Shown: positions 7,155 through 14,623, numbered from the stretch's first letter. The stretch: DNA of 20,000 bases from an uncultured virus (IMG/VR IMGVR_UViG_3300020120_000303) (IMGVR_UViG_3300020120_000303), one strand, 5' to 3'. Made by a program: numbers and translations. The notes: generated by a model from the letters alone, not told the origin.

Positions 7155-8645
7155 TTAGAAACGCACGTCGTCGTCACCATGCACGAGGTCGAGAGGCGGC
7201 GGCTCATCGTCGGTGGGGTCTGCCTCAGGCACACCAAAGTCCACGGGACCCACAGCAGCGGCTGCCGCTGCTGCGTTGCCCTTGCAGAAAACCAGAACAT
7301 TCTGATGGCAACGCTGCAGCTTTAGGCCTCGCGTAAAACCCGGGGCCGCGCGCAGTCGGGCAGTGCCAACCGGCGTGACCAGCACTGCCTCATTGTAGAG
7401 GCGCGCCCCGGCCGCCTCGAAAGCCGCCACGGTCTCGCCGGCTAGGTCGATAAAGAAACCGCCAGAATCGCGGTACGCGCACACGACAAAGCAGGCGAAA
7501 CGGTCTGGCTTCAAGGCGGCAACGGCGTGATGGATGACGCTGCGGTAGCTGACCAGGAAAGCGTTGGCGGTCATGGTCGACAGGTCGCGCGGGTCCTTGC
7601 TGTAAACCTCCAGGTTGCCGTACGGCGGACAGCTGAAGAGGAAATCTACGGGGTCCGGCGCCAGCTCGCGCAGGTTGATGGCGTCGCCCAGGATCCAGTT
7701 AGGCGTCGGCCCGGTCACCCGGCCATCAGCCCGCACGCGCTCGGCCTGCGCGCGGTTCGCGTCGACCTGTTCCGTCCTCAACTCGATCCCCGTGTAGATG
7801 CGCCCCAGGGCGCTGGCGACGATGCCACGCACGCTGCCGCCGGCGAACGGATCAAGCACGGTCCCAGTGGGCGGGGAAAACCAGCGATAGGCCAGTTCAG
7901 AAAGCACGGGGTCAAAGATGCTGGTCCGGCCCAGGGCAACGATCTGCTGGCTTACCCAGTCGTCTTTGCCGCGAGGATTGAACGTCAGCCCCTCGCTGCG
8001 GCCCTCACCGCTTTCAATACCCTGGGCGATCCAGGCACGTTTACGGTCCAGCCAATAACCTTGCCGCGCGTCCAGCACGCTGAAAGGCGGGACGCCGAAG
8101 CGTTCGGTCAGTGACCGGGCAGCGCCGTCGCGACCATCGCCACCAGAAGAGGGGCCCGGGTCCTCTAGTTGCTCGGCCAAAAGCTCCTGCAGGGCATCGA
8201 GGCGCAGGGCCGTGAAGCGGGCGTCCTCCTCGAGCGCGGCGACCTGCTCGAGCGCGGCCGCGGTGAAAGCGCCAGCCACGGCCGGGTTGTTGGCCACGAG
8301 GTTGGCGATGCGCTGGGTGGGCTCATCCCAGTCGACCATCCGGATCGGGAACTGCTCGCCCGTTTTCGGGTGCACGATCACGCCACCCATCGCGCCCGAT
8401 GGCGACAGCACGCCGCTGGCCTGCCACCGGGTCGCGCCTGCTCGTCGGAGGGCCGTCACCCGCTGGTGCCCGGTCACGAGCTGCCCGGTCCGGGTGTTGA
8501 AGACGATGCCCGAGAGATCGCCGAAGTCCTCGACCGAGACCTCCAGGCCGGCGAGGTTCTCGTCGCTGATCACGCGGGGATTTGCGGGGTCCGCAGCGAG
8601 CTCGGACAGGTCGCGGTCAGCGGGGCGGGGGTTTGTTTTTGCCAT
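7155..8645 (-). CDS. ParB/Srx-like N-terminal domain fused to an amino (N4-C/N6-A) DNA methyltransferase (496 aa)
   Basis: DPANPRVI...FGDLSGIVFN...LVTGHQRV (ParB-N); VLDPFAGGSVRG and GIEL (SAM binding) followed by catalytic FSCPPY. Confidence 0.9.
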   Translation of the reverse strand: MAKTNPRPADRDLSELAADPANPRVISDENLAGLEVSVEDFGDLSGIVFNTRTGQLVTGHQRVTALRRAGATRWQASGVLSPSGAMGGVIVHPKTGEQFPIRMVDWDEPTQRIANLVANNPAVAGAFTAAALEQVAALEEDARFTALRLDALQELLAEQLEDPGPSSGGDGRDGAARSLTERFGVPPFSVLDARQGYWLDRKRAWIAQGIESGEGRSEGLTFNPRGKDDWVSQQIVALGRTSIFDPVLSELAYRWFSPPTGTVLDPFAGGSVRGIVASALGRIYTGIELRTEQVDANRAQAERVRADGRVTGPTPNWILGDAINLRELAPDPVDFLFSCPPYGNLEVYSKDPRDLSTMTANAFLVSYRSVIHHAVAALKPDRFACFVVCAYRDSGGFFIDLAGETVAAFEAAGARLYNEAVLVTPVGTARLRAAPGFTRGLKLQRCHQNVLVFCKGNAAAAAAAVGPVDFGVPEADPTDDEPPPLDLVHGDDDVRF

Positions 8646-8660
8646 GTAAATGCCTTGTTT

Positions 8661-9272
8661 TTATAACGGTGGACGGTCGCGCTTCGCGGCGGCGGCCTCG
8701 CCCAGCAGCCGCTCGTAGGCGGTCAGCAGCCGCTCAAATTGGTCCTTCAGCTTGCGGTAGTACTCGGCCGCCCCGGACGCGGCCGCCAGCTCGCGGTCGC
8801 GCCAGGCAATCTCCGCCGTGGCCTCGGCCAGGCGCTTGGCCATTTCGTCTTGGACCCCCAGCGCGCACTCGTAGCAATCGACGCGGGTGCAGTTCCTGTC
8901 GAGGTGGGCGAGCGACTGAAGGCTCATCACCACGAAGCCCTCGGGAATGCCCCACGCAGGGCCACGCGCGAGGTATGAGACGGACCTGCGCAGCTCGCGG
9001 CCGGTGTACTTGCCCGGTGGTTCCTTGGCCCACTCGACCGTGTGCGGTCCGAGATCGGGAGCGAAGCCCGGGGGGTATGGCGTTCCGCCCTCCCACTCCC
9101 GGCGCGGCACCCATTCCTTGAGCACCAGCACGTTGCCGGGGTCGAAGCCCCGATCGTCGCGCCGGAACTCGAAGGTCTTGCGGCCGCATCGAAGCGCCTC
9201 GAAGGGGTCGGGCCAGGTCTTCAGCTCGTGGACCACGTCCGGGCGCCAGTATTGCAGCTCGTTGAGGGTCAT
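8661..9272 (-). CDS. DUF3850/ASCH-like protein with C-terminal coiled coil (203 aa)
   Basis: HELKTWPDPFEAL..GRKTFEFRRDDRGFDPGNVLVLKEW...YTGR...GIPEGFVVMSL; ATG 9272 by ATGA coupling. Confidence 0.9.
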   Translation of the reverse strand: MTLNELQYWRPDVVHELKTWPDPFEALRCGRKTFEFRRDDRGFDPGNVLVLKEWVPRREWEGGTPYPPGFAPDLGPHTVEWAKEPPGKYTGRELRRSVSYLARGPAWGIPEGFVVMSLQSLAHLDRNCTRVDCYECALGVQDEMAKRLAEATAEIAWRDRELAAASGAAEYYRKLKDQFERLLTAYERLLGEAAAAKRDRPPL

Positions 9273-9706
9273 CGCGCCGGCCCCACCGTGCCGTCGGGGT
9301 GGAGGGCCACGAGCTGGCCGGCCTCGATCGGCTCGCGCGCCACCAGCGGCGTCACCTCGCGCATGCCATGCATCTGCACCCAGCGCCGCAGGGCCTCCAG
9401 GTCGATGAACACTGGCAGGCCCAGGCTGTTGGCCAGGTCGACCTCGGCGCGCGTGCCCTTGCTGGTCTCGACGTGCGCGGTGTCGAACACGTAGACGGCA
9501 TCGCACCGGCGCAGCAGCTCGGCCGTGCCGGCGTACCAGAAGGCCTCGGTCTGCGCCGAAATCATGTTGACCGTAATCGAATGCGGGACAACCGGCATTG
9601 CGCCGCACCCAGCAACGCTGATCCCGGCGAGTTCGGCGGCGAAGACGTTCTCGCGGATGCTCTTGGGGCCGGCGTTGAAGGCCCCAGCGATGTACACCAG
9701 CTTCAC
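9269..9706 (-). CDS. Nucleoside 2-deoxyribosyltransferase-fold protein (DUF4406/DUF1937-like, 145 aa)
   Basis: VYIAGAF...PVVPH...LLRRCDAVYV...SKGTRAEVDLA..LGLPVF; GTG 9706. Confidence 0.85.
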   Translation of the reverse strand: MKLVYIAGAFNAGPKSIRENVFAAELAGISVAGCGAMPVVPHSITVNMISAQTEAFWYAGTAELLRRCDAVYVFDTAHVETSKGTRAEVDLANSLGLPVFIDLEALRRWVQMHGMREVTPLVAREPIEAGQLVALHPDGTVGPAR

Positions 9707-10011
9707 GGCCGCGCCTCCCGGTCGATGCCCCGCGCCTTGTCGTCCGCGGCCATCGCCTCGAGCACCGCCAGCTCGATGCGCGCGTCCCGCACGATGGGCC
9801 CCAGCTGCGCCCACAGCGCATAGGCCGCCTCGTGGTGCAGGTGGATCAGGTGCTGCTGGTCCACGCCCACGACCCGCAGTAGGCACAGCTGGGCGGTGCC
9901 GGCGGGCCTCTCGATCGAGACCGCGACCGGGGGCGGATGCCCCGGCGCGGCGGGCAGGGTCGTGTCGTAGGTGGTCGGCACCGTGGGCACCTTGGGCTTG
10001 CGGCGGCTCAT
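9703..10011 (-). CDS. Hypothetical protein (102 aa)
   Basis: ATG 10011; coupled at both ends. Confidence 0.7.
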   Translation of the reverse strand: MSRRKPKVPTVPTTYDTTLPAAPGHPPPVAVSIERPAGTAQLCLLRVVGVDQQHLIHLHHEAAYALWAQLGPIVRDARIELAVLEAMAADDKARGIDREARP

Positions 10012-10238
10012 GGGTTGAGCTTGGCCAGGCCGCGGCTGATGGCGTAGAAGATGCCCGACACGACCGACAGGCCGGCCTGCCACTGCGGTGGGATGTGCGA
10101 CGACAGCCAGGGCAGGATCGCCGTGACCAGCGACAGGTAAAACTCCGTGGTCTGCCAGCCCGGCTTGATCGCCTTGGCGGGCAACACTGGGGTAGGGCGG
10201 TCGGGAGGGACGGGGGCGGGCGCGGCGGTTTCGGTCAT
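10008..10238 (-). CDS. Small two-TM membrane protein, holin-like topology (76 aa)
   Basis: KPGWQTTEFY followed by two hydrophobic helices and Y..SRGLAK; AAAGGA RBS. Confidence 0.75.
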   Translation of the reverse strand: MTETAAPAPVPPDRPTPVLPAKAIKPGWQTTEFYLSLVTAILPWLSSHIPPQWQAGLSVVSGIFYAISRGLAKLNP

Positions 10239-10459
10239 GGCGATCCTTTCGGTTTGCGGCGGGCATTGCAGCGGGGGCAGAGCACGAGGACGGGGGCACC
10301 TTGGGTCTTACCGTCGACGAGCCAGCCGCCAATCTGGCGGATGCTGTCGAACACGCCGTGGGCGCCACAGACGTCGCCGTCGCAGTCGAGCACGAAGGGC
10401 GCGCGCTCGAACCGGGCGCGCGCCAGCTCGTCGAGGGCGGGCAGGCGCTTGGCTTTCAT
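10235..10459 (-). CDS. Zinc-ribbon-like protein (74 aa)
   Basis: CDGDVC...GW...LCPRC; ATG 10459. Confidence 0.7.
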   Translation of the reverse strand: MKAKRLPALDELARARFERAPFVLDCDGDVCGAHGVFDSIRQIGGWLVDGKTQGAPVLVLCPRCNARRKPKGSP

Positions 10460-10602
10460 CGGACCTTCCGCTTGTCCGCAAGCGGCTCGCAGGGGCAGCC
10501 GACCTTGCACAGGCCACGGCACGGGCAGTGCTGGTAGCAGCGGCAGCGCATGCGCGGGACGCGCTTGGTGACGTAGTGCAGGCCGCACTTCGCGCAGGTC
10601 AT
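10456..10602 (-). CDS. 48-aa peptide with 9 Cys (not in ORF track)
   Basis: MTCAKCGLHYVTKRVPRMRCRCYQHCPCRGLCKVGCPCEPLADKRKVR; ATGA overlaps at both ends. Confidence 0.7.
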   Translation of the reverse strand: MTCAKCGLHYVTKRVPRMRCRCYQHCPCRGLCKVGCPCEPLADKRKVR

Positions 10603-11522
10603 GCTGCGGCCCTCGCGCTCAGGACGCGGAACGCGTGCGCGGCTTGCTGCGGGACAACCGCGTTGCCGAGAAGGCGCAGGCTGTCCACTCGGCCGGGTAT
10701 CCCATGAGCCACTCGACCCACGTCGGGTTCAGCGGTCCAGGCGTGTGTCTGGCAGCCGCAGTCGCTAGCCCATCGCCACTGCGGTCCGAAAGACCCGCCT
10801 TGTTGTAGTTGCCTCTGACCGTTGGTGTCGGCCAGAGCGCGACCGCCTCCTCCAGGCCGATGCCGTACCGACGTTTCAGGCGCCTGGCCGCTGCCGCCGC
10901 CGATGGCTGCCCGCGCTTCGGATCGCCCAGTCGGGCAAGTGGCGTTGGCCACATGGCCGTTGATGCCATGGAGTCGAGCGACATCCTTACTCGCCCCACT
11001 CGCCCCGCGGCTCCGCCCTGGTTGTAGCCCGAGCGAGACGCGGTCGGCGTAGGCAAGAACAAAGAGCCGCTGGCGGATGTGGGGCGCGCCGACCTCGGCC
11101 GCGCTGAAACAATCCCAGACCGCATCGAACCCGAGAGTGGCAAGCCCGGCCAGCACGTCGCGCAGGCCGCTCGTGCGCAGCCCCGGCACGTTCTCGATGA
11201 AGACGAGGCCTGGGCGGACCTCGGCGACGACCCTGGCGAATTCGGGCCAGAGCCAGCGCGCGTCCGCTGTCCCCTTGCGGCGGCCGGCGAGGCTGTGGGG
11301 CTGGCAGGGGAAGCCTCCGCAGACCAGTCCCACAGGCTGAGCTGTTGCATCGACCTCCCTCACGTCCTCGTAGATCTTCACGCCCGGGTGATGCTCTGCC
11401 AGCACCGCGCGCGCGCACGGGTCAGAGTCGCAGTGCCACAGGACCGGGCCGCACCCGGCCATCTGCAGCCCGCGCTCGAGGCCGCCGATCCCGCTGAAGA
11501 GCGAGCCGATCGTGATGGTCAT
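10599..11522 (-). CDS. DNA (cytosine-5)-methyltransferase, main polypeptide (307 aa)
   Basis: Motif I SLFSGIGG, IV GGFPCQPHS, VI ENVPG, VIII PHIRQRLF, X LGNAVVP; start ATG 11522. Confidence 0.95.
   Translation of the reverse strand: MTITIGSLFSGIGGLERGLQMAGCGPVLWHCDSDPCARAVLAEHHPGVKIYEDVREVDATAQPVGLVCGGFPCQPHSLAGRRKGTADARWLWPEFARVVAEVRPGLVFIENVPGLRTSGLRDVLAGLATLGFDAVWDCFSAAEVGAPHIRQRLFVLAYADRVSLGLQPGRSRGASGASKDVARLHGINGHVANATCPTGRSEARAAIGGGSGQAPETSVRHRPGGGGRALADTNGQRQLQQGGSFGPQWRWASDCGCQTHAWTAEPDVGRVAHGIPGRVDSLRLLGNAVVPQQAAHAFRVLSARAAA
10619..11350 (-). CDS. Nested alternative-frame polypeptide carrying C5-MTase motif IX (243 aa)
   Basis: Own GAGGGAGG SD; LPTP/WPTP/WPTP repeats; LNPTWVEWLMGYPAEWT. 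Confidence 0.75.
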   Translation of the reverse strand: MQQLSLWDWSAEASPASPTASPAAARGQRTRAGSGPNSPGSSPRSAQASSSSRTCRGCARAACATCWPGLPLSGSMRSGIVSARPRSARPTSASGSLFLPTPTASRSGYNQGGAAGRVGRVRMSLDSMASTAMWPTPLARLGDPKRGQPSAAAAARRLKRRYGIGLEEAVALWPTPTVRGNYNKAGLSDRSGDGLATAAARHTPGPLNPTWVEWLMGYPAEWTACAFSATRLSRSKPRTRSAS

Positions 11523-11719
11523 GGCTGCCCAGCCTGGGCCTGCGCGTCCTCGGCGCGGGCCATCTCGATCGCGCGCTTCTTGGCCTGCGTGCCGTTGGGA
11601 GCCTCGACCTCGAAGACCTCGCAGCCGTTCCAGTCGGGGTCGTACCAAACCGTGTAGGCCCTATATTTTACGCCCTTGGCGCCCTTGCTGCGGAACACGC
11701 CCACCTTGAAGAGGTTCAC
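11519..11719 (-). CDS. Hypothetical protein (66 aa)
   Basis: GTG 11719 by coupling; FEVEAPNGTQAKKRA. Confidence 0.7.
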   Translation of the reverse strand: MNLFKVGVFRSKGAKGVKYRAYTVWYDPDWNGCEVFEVEAPNGTQAKKRAIEMARAEDAQAQAGQP

Positions 11720-11826
11720 CGGCAACCTCGCGCCACGCGCAGCCAGACCGCGGTCAGGCGCCGACCGCGATAGCCCGGCTGCCGCCACCAGGCGCGCCAC
11801 ACCTTGCGGGCCACGCGCAGCCTCAC
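11716..11826 (-). CDS. 36-aa Arg/Trp-rich basic peptide
   Basis: MRLRVARKVWRAWWRQPGYRGRRLTAVWLRVARGCR; GGAGG RBS; GTGA overlaps at both ends. Confidence 0.6.
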   Translation of the reverse strand: MRLRVARKVWRAWWRQPGYRGRRLTAVWLRVARGCR

Positions 11827-12074
11827 CGTTGCGCCTCCCCTGCGCGCGCGCGGATGCGCTCCCGCTCCTCCTCTGTCTTGCGAATGCAGCCGAACGACCG
11901 GGCCACGATCGACGACACGGCCTGACAGGTCTGGCAACCGCGGGTCGAGAACTGGTGCGGGTCGCCCTCGATCAGCCGCAAGACGGTGTCGACCAGCGTT
12001 AGCGCCGCCGCCTCGATCACGCGCCGGTCGATGACCTTGCCGAGGTCTATGTCAAAAGTCGGTGGCTTTTCCAT
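11823..12074 (-). CDS. Hypothetical protein with H...CxxC...C motif (83 aa)
   Basis: DPHQFSTRGCQTC...FGC; ATG 2 nt after the upstream TAA. Confidence 0.8.
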   Translation of the reverse strand: MEKPPTFDIDLGKVIDRRVIEAAALTLVDTVLRLIEGDPHQFSTRGCQTCQAVSSIVARSFGCIRKTEEERERIRARAGEAQR

Positions 12075-12076
12075 TT

Positions 12077-12319
12077 TTATCGCCTGCGCAGCTTCAGGCT
12101 GGTCTCAAGCACGGCCATCTCGGCCGCCACGATGTCGAACTTGGCGGCCCGCACGGCCACCAGCGACAGGGCCCGTGCAACGCCGATTCGGTTGTCGCCT
12201 CTCTCACCCGAGAAGCGGATCACGAACCGGTCGCCTACAAGCTCGGTGGATAGGCGCGGATCTCGGTAGCCGCCCGCTTGCGCGCGCTCCAGGAACGCGA
12301 GGATGTCGTCGCTGGTCAT
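12077..12319 (-). CDS. Hypothetical protein (80 aa)
   Basis: ATG 12319 by ATGA coupling. Confidence 0.7.
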   Translation of the reverse strand: MTSDDILAFLERAQAGGYRDPRLSTELVGDRFVIRFSGERGDNRIGVARALSLVAVRAAKFDIVAAEMAVLETSLKLRRR

Positions 12320-12564
12320 GGGAACAGCCGGCTCCAATCTGCCTCCCACGGCGGCCGCGCCGGCTCGGCCTGGATCTCCCGGGCCTGCGCGGCCAGCTTC
12401 GTCGGCACGACCATCAGGTCCAAGAACGTGGGCGGCGTGGGTTGGCGGGGCGCCTGCACCAGCAGCCATCGGTCCTCGGGCAGCGAGGGGCACACGGTCA
12501 GCGAGAAGGGCGAGCCGGGGACCTGCTCCTCGGCGTGCTCGCTGCCGCACACGGGGCACCTCAT
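12316..12564 (-). CDS. Hypothetical protein with N-terminal CPxCG (82 aa)
   Basis: MRCPVCGS; coupled at both ends. Confidence 0.7.
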   Translation of the reverse strand: MRCPVCGSEHAEEQVPGSPFSLTVCPSLPEDRWLLVQAPRQPTPPTFLDLMVVPTKLAAQAREIQAEPARPPWEADWSRLFP

Positions 12565-12920
12565 GGCCGCAGCCTCGGCGTCATCGGGAAGTCGAACACC
12601 GCGTGATATTCGCGGGTCACAACCTGCTTGCCATTCTCGGCGACCAGCAGCCCGACCGGCGTCCAGTGGATCGTCATACGCTTGCCATCGGTGCCGAGGT
12701 AGAGGTCGCGCCCCACCAGGATGTCGACGACCCGGCAGGGCGGGCGGCCCCCGAGATCGCCGAGCGCTTCAACCGCGGCCTGCGCCGCGCTCAGGCGCTT
12801 GTTCACGACCTCAAGGATGACGTCGGTCGTGGCCCGCAGATCGCGCATCGACTTGGTCAGCTCGTCCACGTCCTGGCGCAGGTCGGTCTTGCGGCCGGTC
12901 CGCACGCCGCCCGACATCAT
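12561..12920 (-). CDS. Hypothetical protein (119 aa)
   Basis: ATG 12920 by coupling; helical then beta-rich composition. Confidence 0.75.
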   Translation of the reverse strand: MMSGGVRTGRKTDLRQDVDELTKSMRDLRATTDVILEVVNKRLSAAQAAVEALGDLGGRPPCRVVDILVGRDLYLGTDGKRMTIHWTPVGLLVAENGKQVVTREYHAVFDFPMTPRLRP

Positions 12921-13186
12921 GACCGCCCCCCGCCCGCATCGCACCAGGCCTTGAGCTTCGCCACAGCCCGCGCGCCGCAGTGGATGGTGTCCACCTTGCC
13001 CGTCTCGATCATGGCCATAAGACCAGCCAGCTTGTGGTCGCCGCCCTCGCGCTTGGCCTTGTCCTCGGCGGCGCGGATCGCCGCGTGCTCGGTCTCGGTC
13101 AGGCCGCGCGGCTGGGCGAAGAGCGCGTCGGGCTCGATGAACTTGTTGACCAGGATCCTCACCTGGCCCGGCAGCACGGGGATCAT
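12917..13186 (-). CDS. Hypothetical protein (89 aa, MIPVLPGQ...)
   Basis: ATG 13186 overlaps the stop of 13183..13395; in frame with the upstream start at 13540. Confidence 0.7.
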   Translation of the reverse strand: MIPVLPGQVRILVNKFIEPDALFAQPRGLTETEHAAIRAAEDKAKREGGDHKLAGLMAMIETGKVDTIHCGARAVAKLKAWCDAGGGRS

Positions 13187-13395
13187 CCCCAGCCCCCGTA
13201 CCGCGCGTAGCCGTCCTGTTGGGCGAACTCGATCGCCTCGTCCGCTATGGCCTGGTGGTGCTCCCGCTCGGCCCGCACGCAATCGCGCGCCCCGCACACC
13301 AGGAAGTCCCGGGCCTCGCGCGGGCAGACGCCCAGGCTTTCCCCGCAGTTGTCGCAGAACTGCTCTCTGTCCGGTCTTTTGTCGTGGATGGCCAT
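13183..13395 (-). CDS. Small zinc-finger-like protein (70 aa)
   Basis: FCDNCG...VCGARDC; GGAGGGGG RBS. Confidence 0.8.
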   Translation of the reverse strand: MAIHDKRPDREQFCDNCGESLGVCPREARDFLVCGARDCVRAEREHHQAIADEAIEFAQQDGYARYGGWG

Positions 13396-13536
13396 CGGTG
13401 TCCCCCTCCCGCTGTGCTGCGAATCGCTGCCAGATCCCTGCCTCGCTGAAGTCCCGGTCCCAGTCCCTGCGCCAGGCGCCCTCTATGAATCCGAGGAGCC
13501 GCTCCGTGATGGCGAAGCCGCCCTTGCGTCGGCGCT

Positions 13537-13755
13537 TCATGAGGCAAGCCTCGCAGCTGCGGGCTTCCAACGGCCCAGCCAAACCACCATCGAGGCATCG
13601 CGGCCGATCTTGCCGACCCACAGCTCCCGGTCCCGCTTCATCGTAAATGGCTGCCACTCCCCGGGCTCGTCACATTCGAACGCGAGAAACTCGGCCCGCT
13701 GCCGGTACACCGTGGCGAAGTGGTCGAACACCATGCTGCAGAGGAAGATGCTCAC
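13537..13755 (-). CDS. Hypothetical protein (72 aa)
   Basis: GAGGA RBS; GTGA coupling to the nuclease. Confidence 0.65.
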   Translation of the reverse strand: MSIFLCSMVFDHFATVYRQRAEFLAFECDEPGEWQPFTMKRDRELWVGKIGRDASMVVWLGRWKPAAARLAS

Positions 13756-14456
13756 GGCTGCGCATCCTCGGCCATGGGGTACAGCCGCGCTGGCCGCCCG
13801 TCCTTGGCCAGCATGACCACGCCGGGGATCTTCCCCTTGCTGGCCCAGTGGTAGATGCTATTGCGGGCCGACGAGGTCGACCCGTAATGGCCGCGCCCCA
13901 GCTGATCGATGGCCTCCTTGACGGTCAGGCCGGTCTTGGCGGCCACCAGCGCCGCGACCTTGCGGCACGTGTCCTTGAAGGGCGTCTCGTAGCCGCCGTT
14001 GTTGCCCCCGGCCTCGACCCCGGTCAGCTGCTCAGGCCGCAGCAGCGCCCGCAGGGAGCGCGTGTGCTCGCGAACACGCATCAGATGCGCCTCCAGCTCG
14101 ACGCGTATCGATGGGCTTCCGAACTCGAGGCCCAGCGCTCTCACCTGCAGCCAGCCGATGCCGTTGTCCTTGCAATACGACTGTAGGACCCAGTGCGGCC
14201 GGCTGACAGGCGTTGCGACCGAGACCAGGTTCGCGCGCCACAGCCAGCCGGCCGCCTGGCCGATCACAGACGTCCCGAACTGCAGCTTGGTCTCGATTGC
14301 CCAGGTGAGCGGTCCCCGCGTCGCTACCACGTCGCAGGTTGAGCTGCCATCGTGCACCTCCTGATACACCGTCCAGCCCTCGGACCTGAGCCAGGCCACG
14401 AGGACGCGAGCCAGTCCTGACTCGCTGCTGAACAAAGACATGCGGCGCGTGCTCAT
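13752..14456 (-). CDS. PD-(D/E)xK restriction-endonuclease-fold protein with probable C-terminal HTH (234 aa)
   Basis: SESGL...GWTVYQEV...CDVVA...WAIETK...GQA catalytic pattern; C-terminal GLTVKEAIDQL...SARNSIYHW. Confidence 0.75.
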   Translation of the reverse strand: MSTRRMSLFSSESGLARVLVAWLRSEGWTVYQEVHDGSSTCDVVATRGPLTWAIETKLQFGTSVIGQAAGWLWRANLVSVATPVSRPHWVLQSYCKDNGIGWLQVRALGLEFGSPSIRVELEAHLMRVREHTRSLRALLRPEQLTGVEAGGNNGGYETPFKDTCRKVAALVAAKTGLTVKEAIDQLGRGHYGSTSSARNSIYHWASKGKIPGVVMLAKDGRPARLYPMAEDAQP

Positions 14457-14623
14457 GGGTGCCGCCATCCGCCTCGCGGGACGTTGCACGAGTGCCCGCA
14501 GGTCACGCAGCGCAACCCGCAGCAGGGATAGAAGCGCGTGGCCACGACGAGAAGGCACGTGCACCGGCGCATGTCGGGGCAGCGGCCGCGTGGGTGCGCC
14601 GGCATGGTTTCTGCGGCCTTCAC
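14453..14623 (-). CDS. 56-aa peptide with 8 Cys
   Basis: GAGGA RBS, GTG 14623; CTC, CC and CVTC motifs. Confidence 0.6.
   Translation of the reverse strand: MKAAETMPAHPRGRCPDMRRCTCLLVVATRFYPCCGLRCVTCGHSCNVPRGGWRHP

Noticed and set aside
6546..7196. Diversity-generating retroelement TR/VR pair
   Set aside because: The repeat is only 42 nt, differences are not confined to adenines of one copy, and no reverse transcriptase is present in the window.
7155..8645. ParABS partition system
   Set aside because: The ParB-like domain is the N-terminal fusion common in phage methyltransferases; no HTH/dimerisation region or ParA is seen.
10008..10238. Holin / lysis cassette
   Set aside because: The topology fits, but no endolysin or spanin is nearby and the context is an early operon. 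Kept only as a membrane protein.
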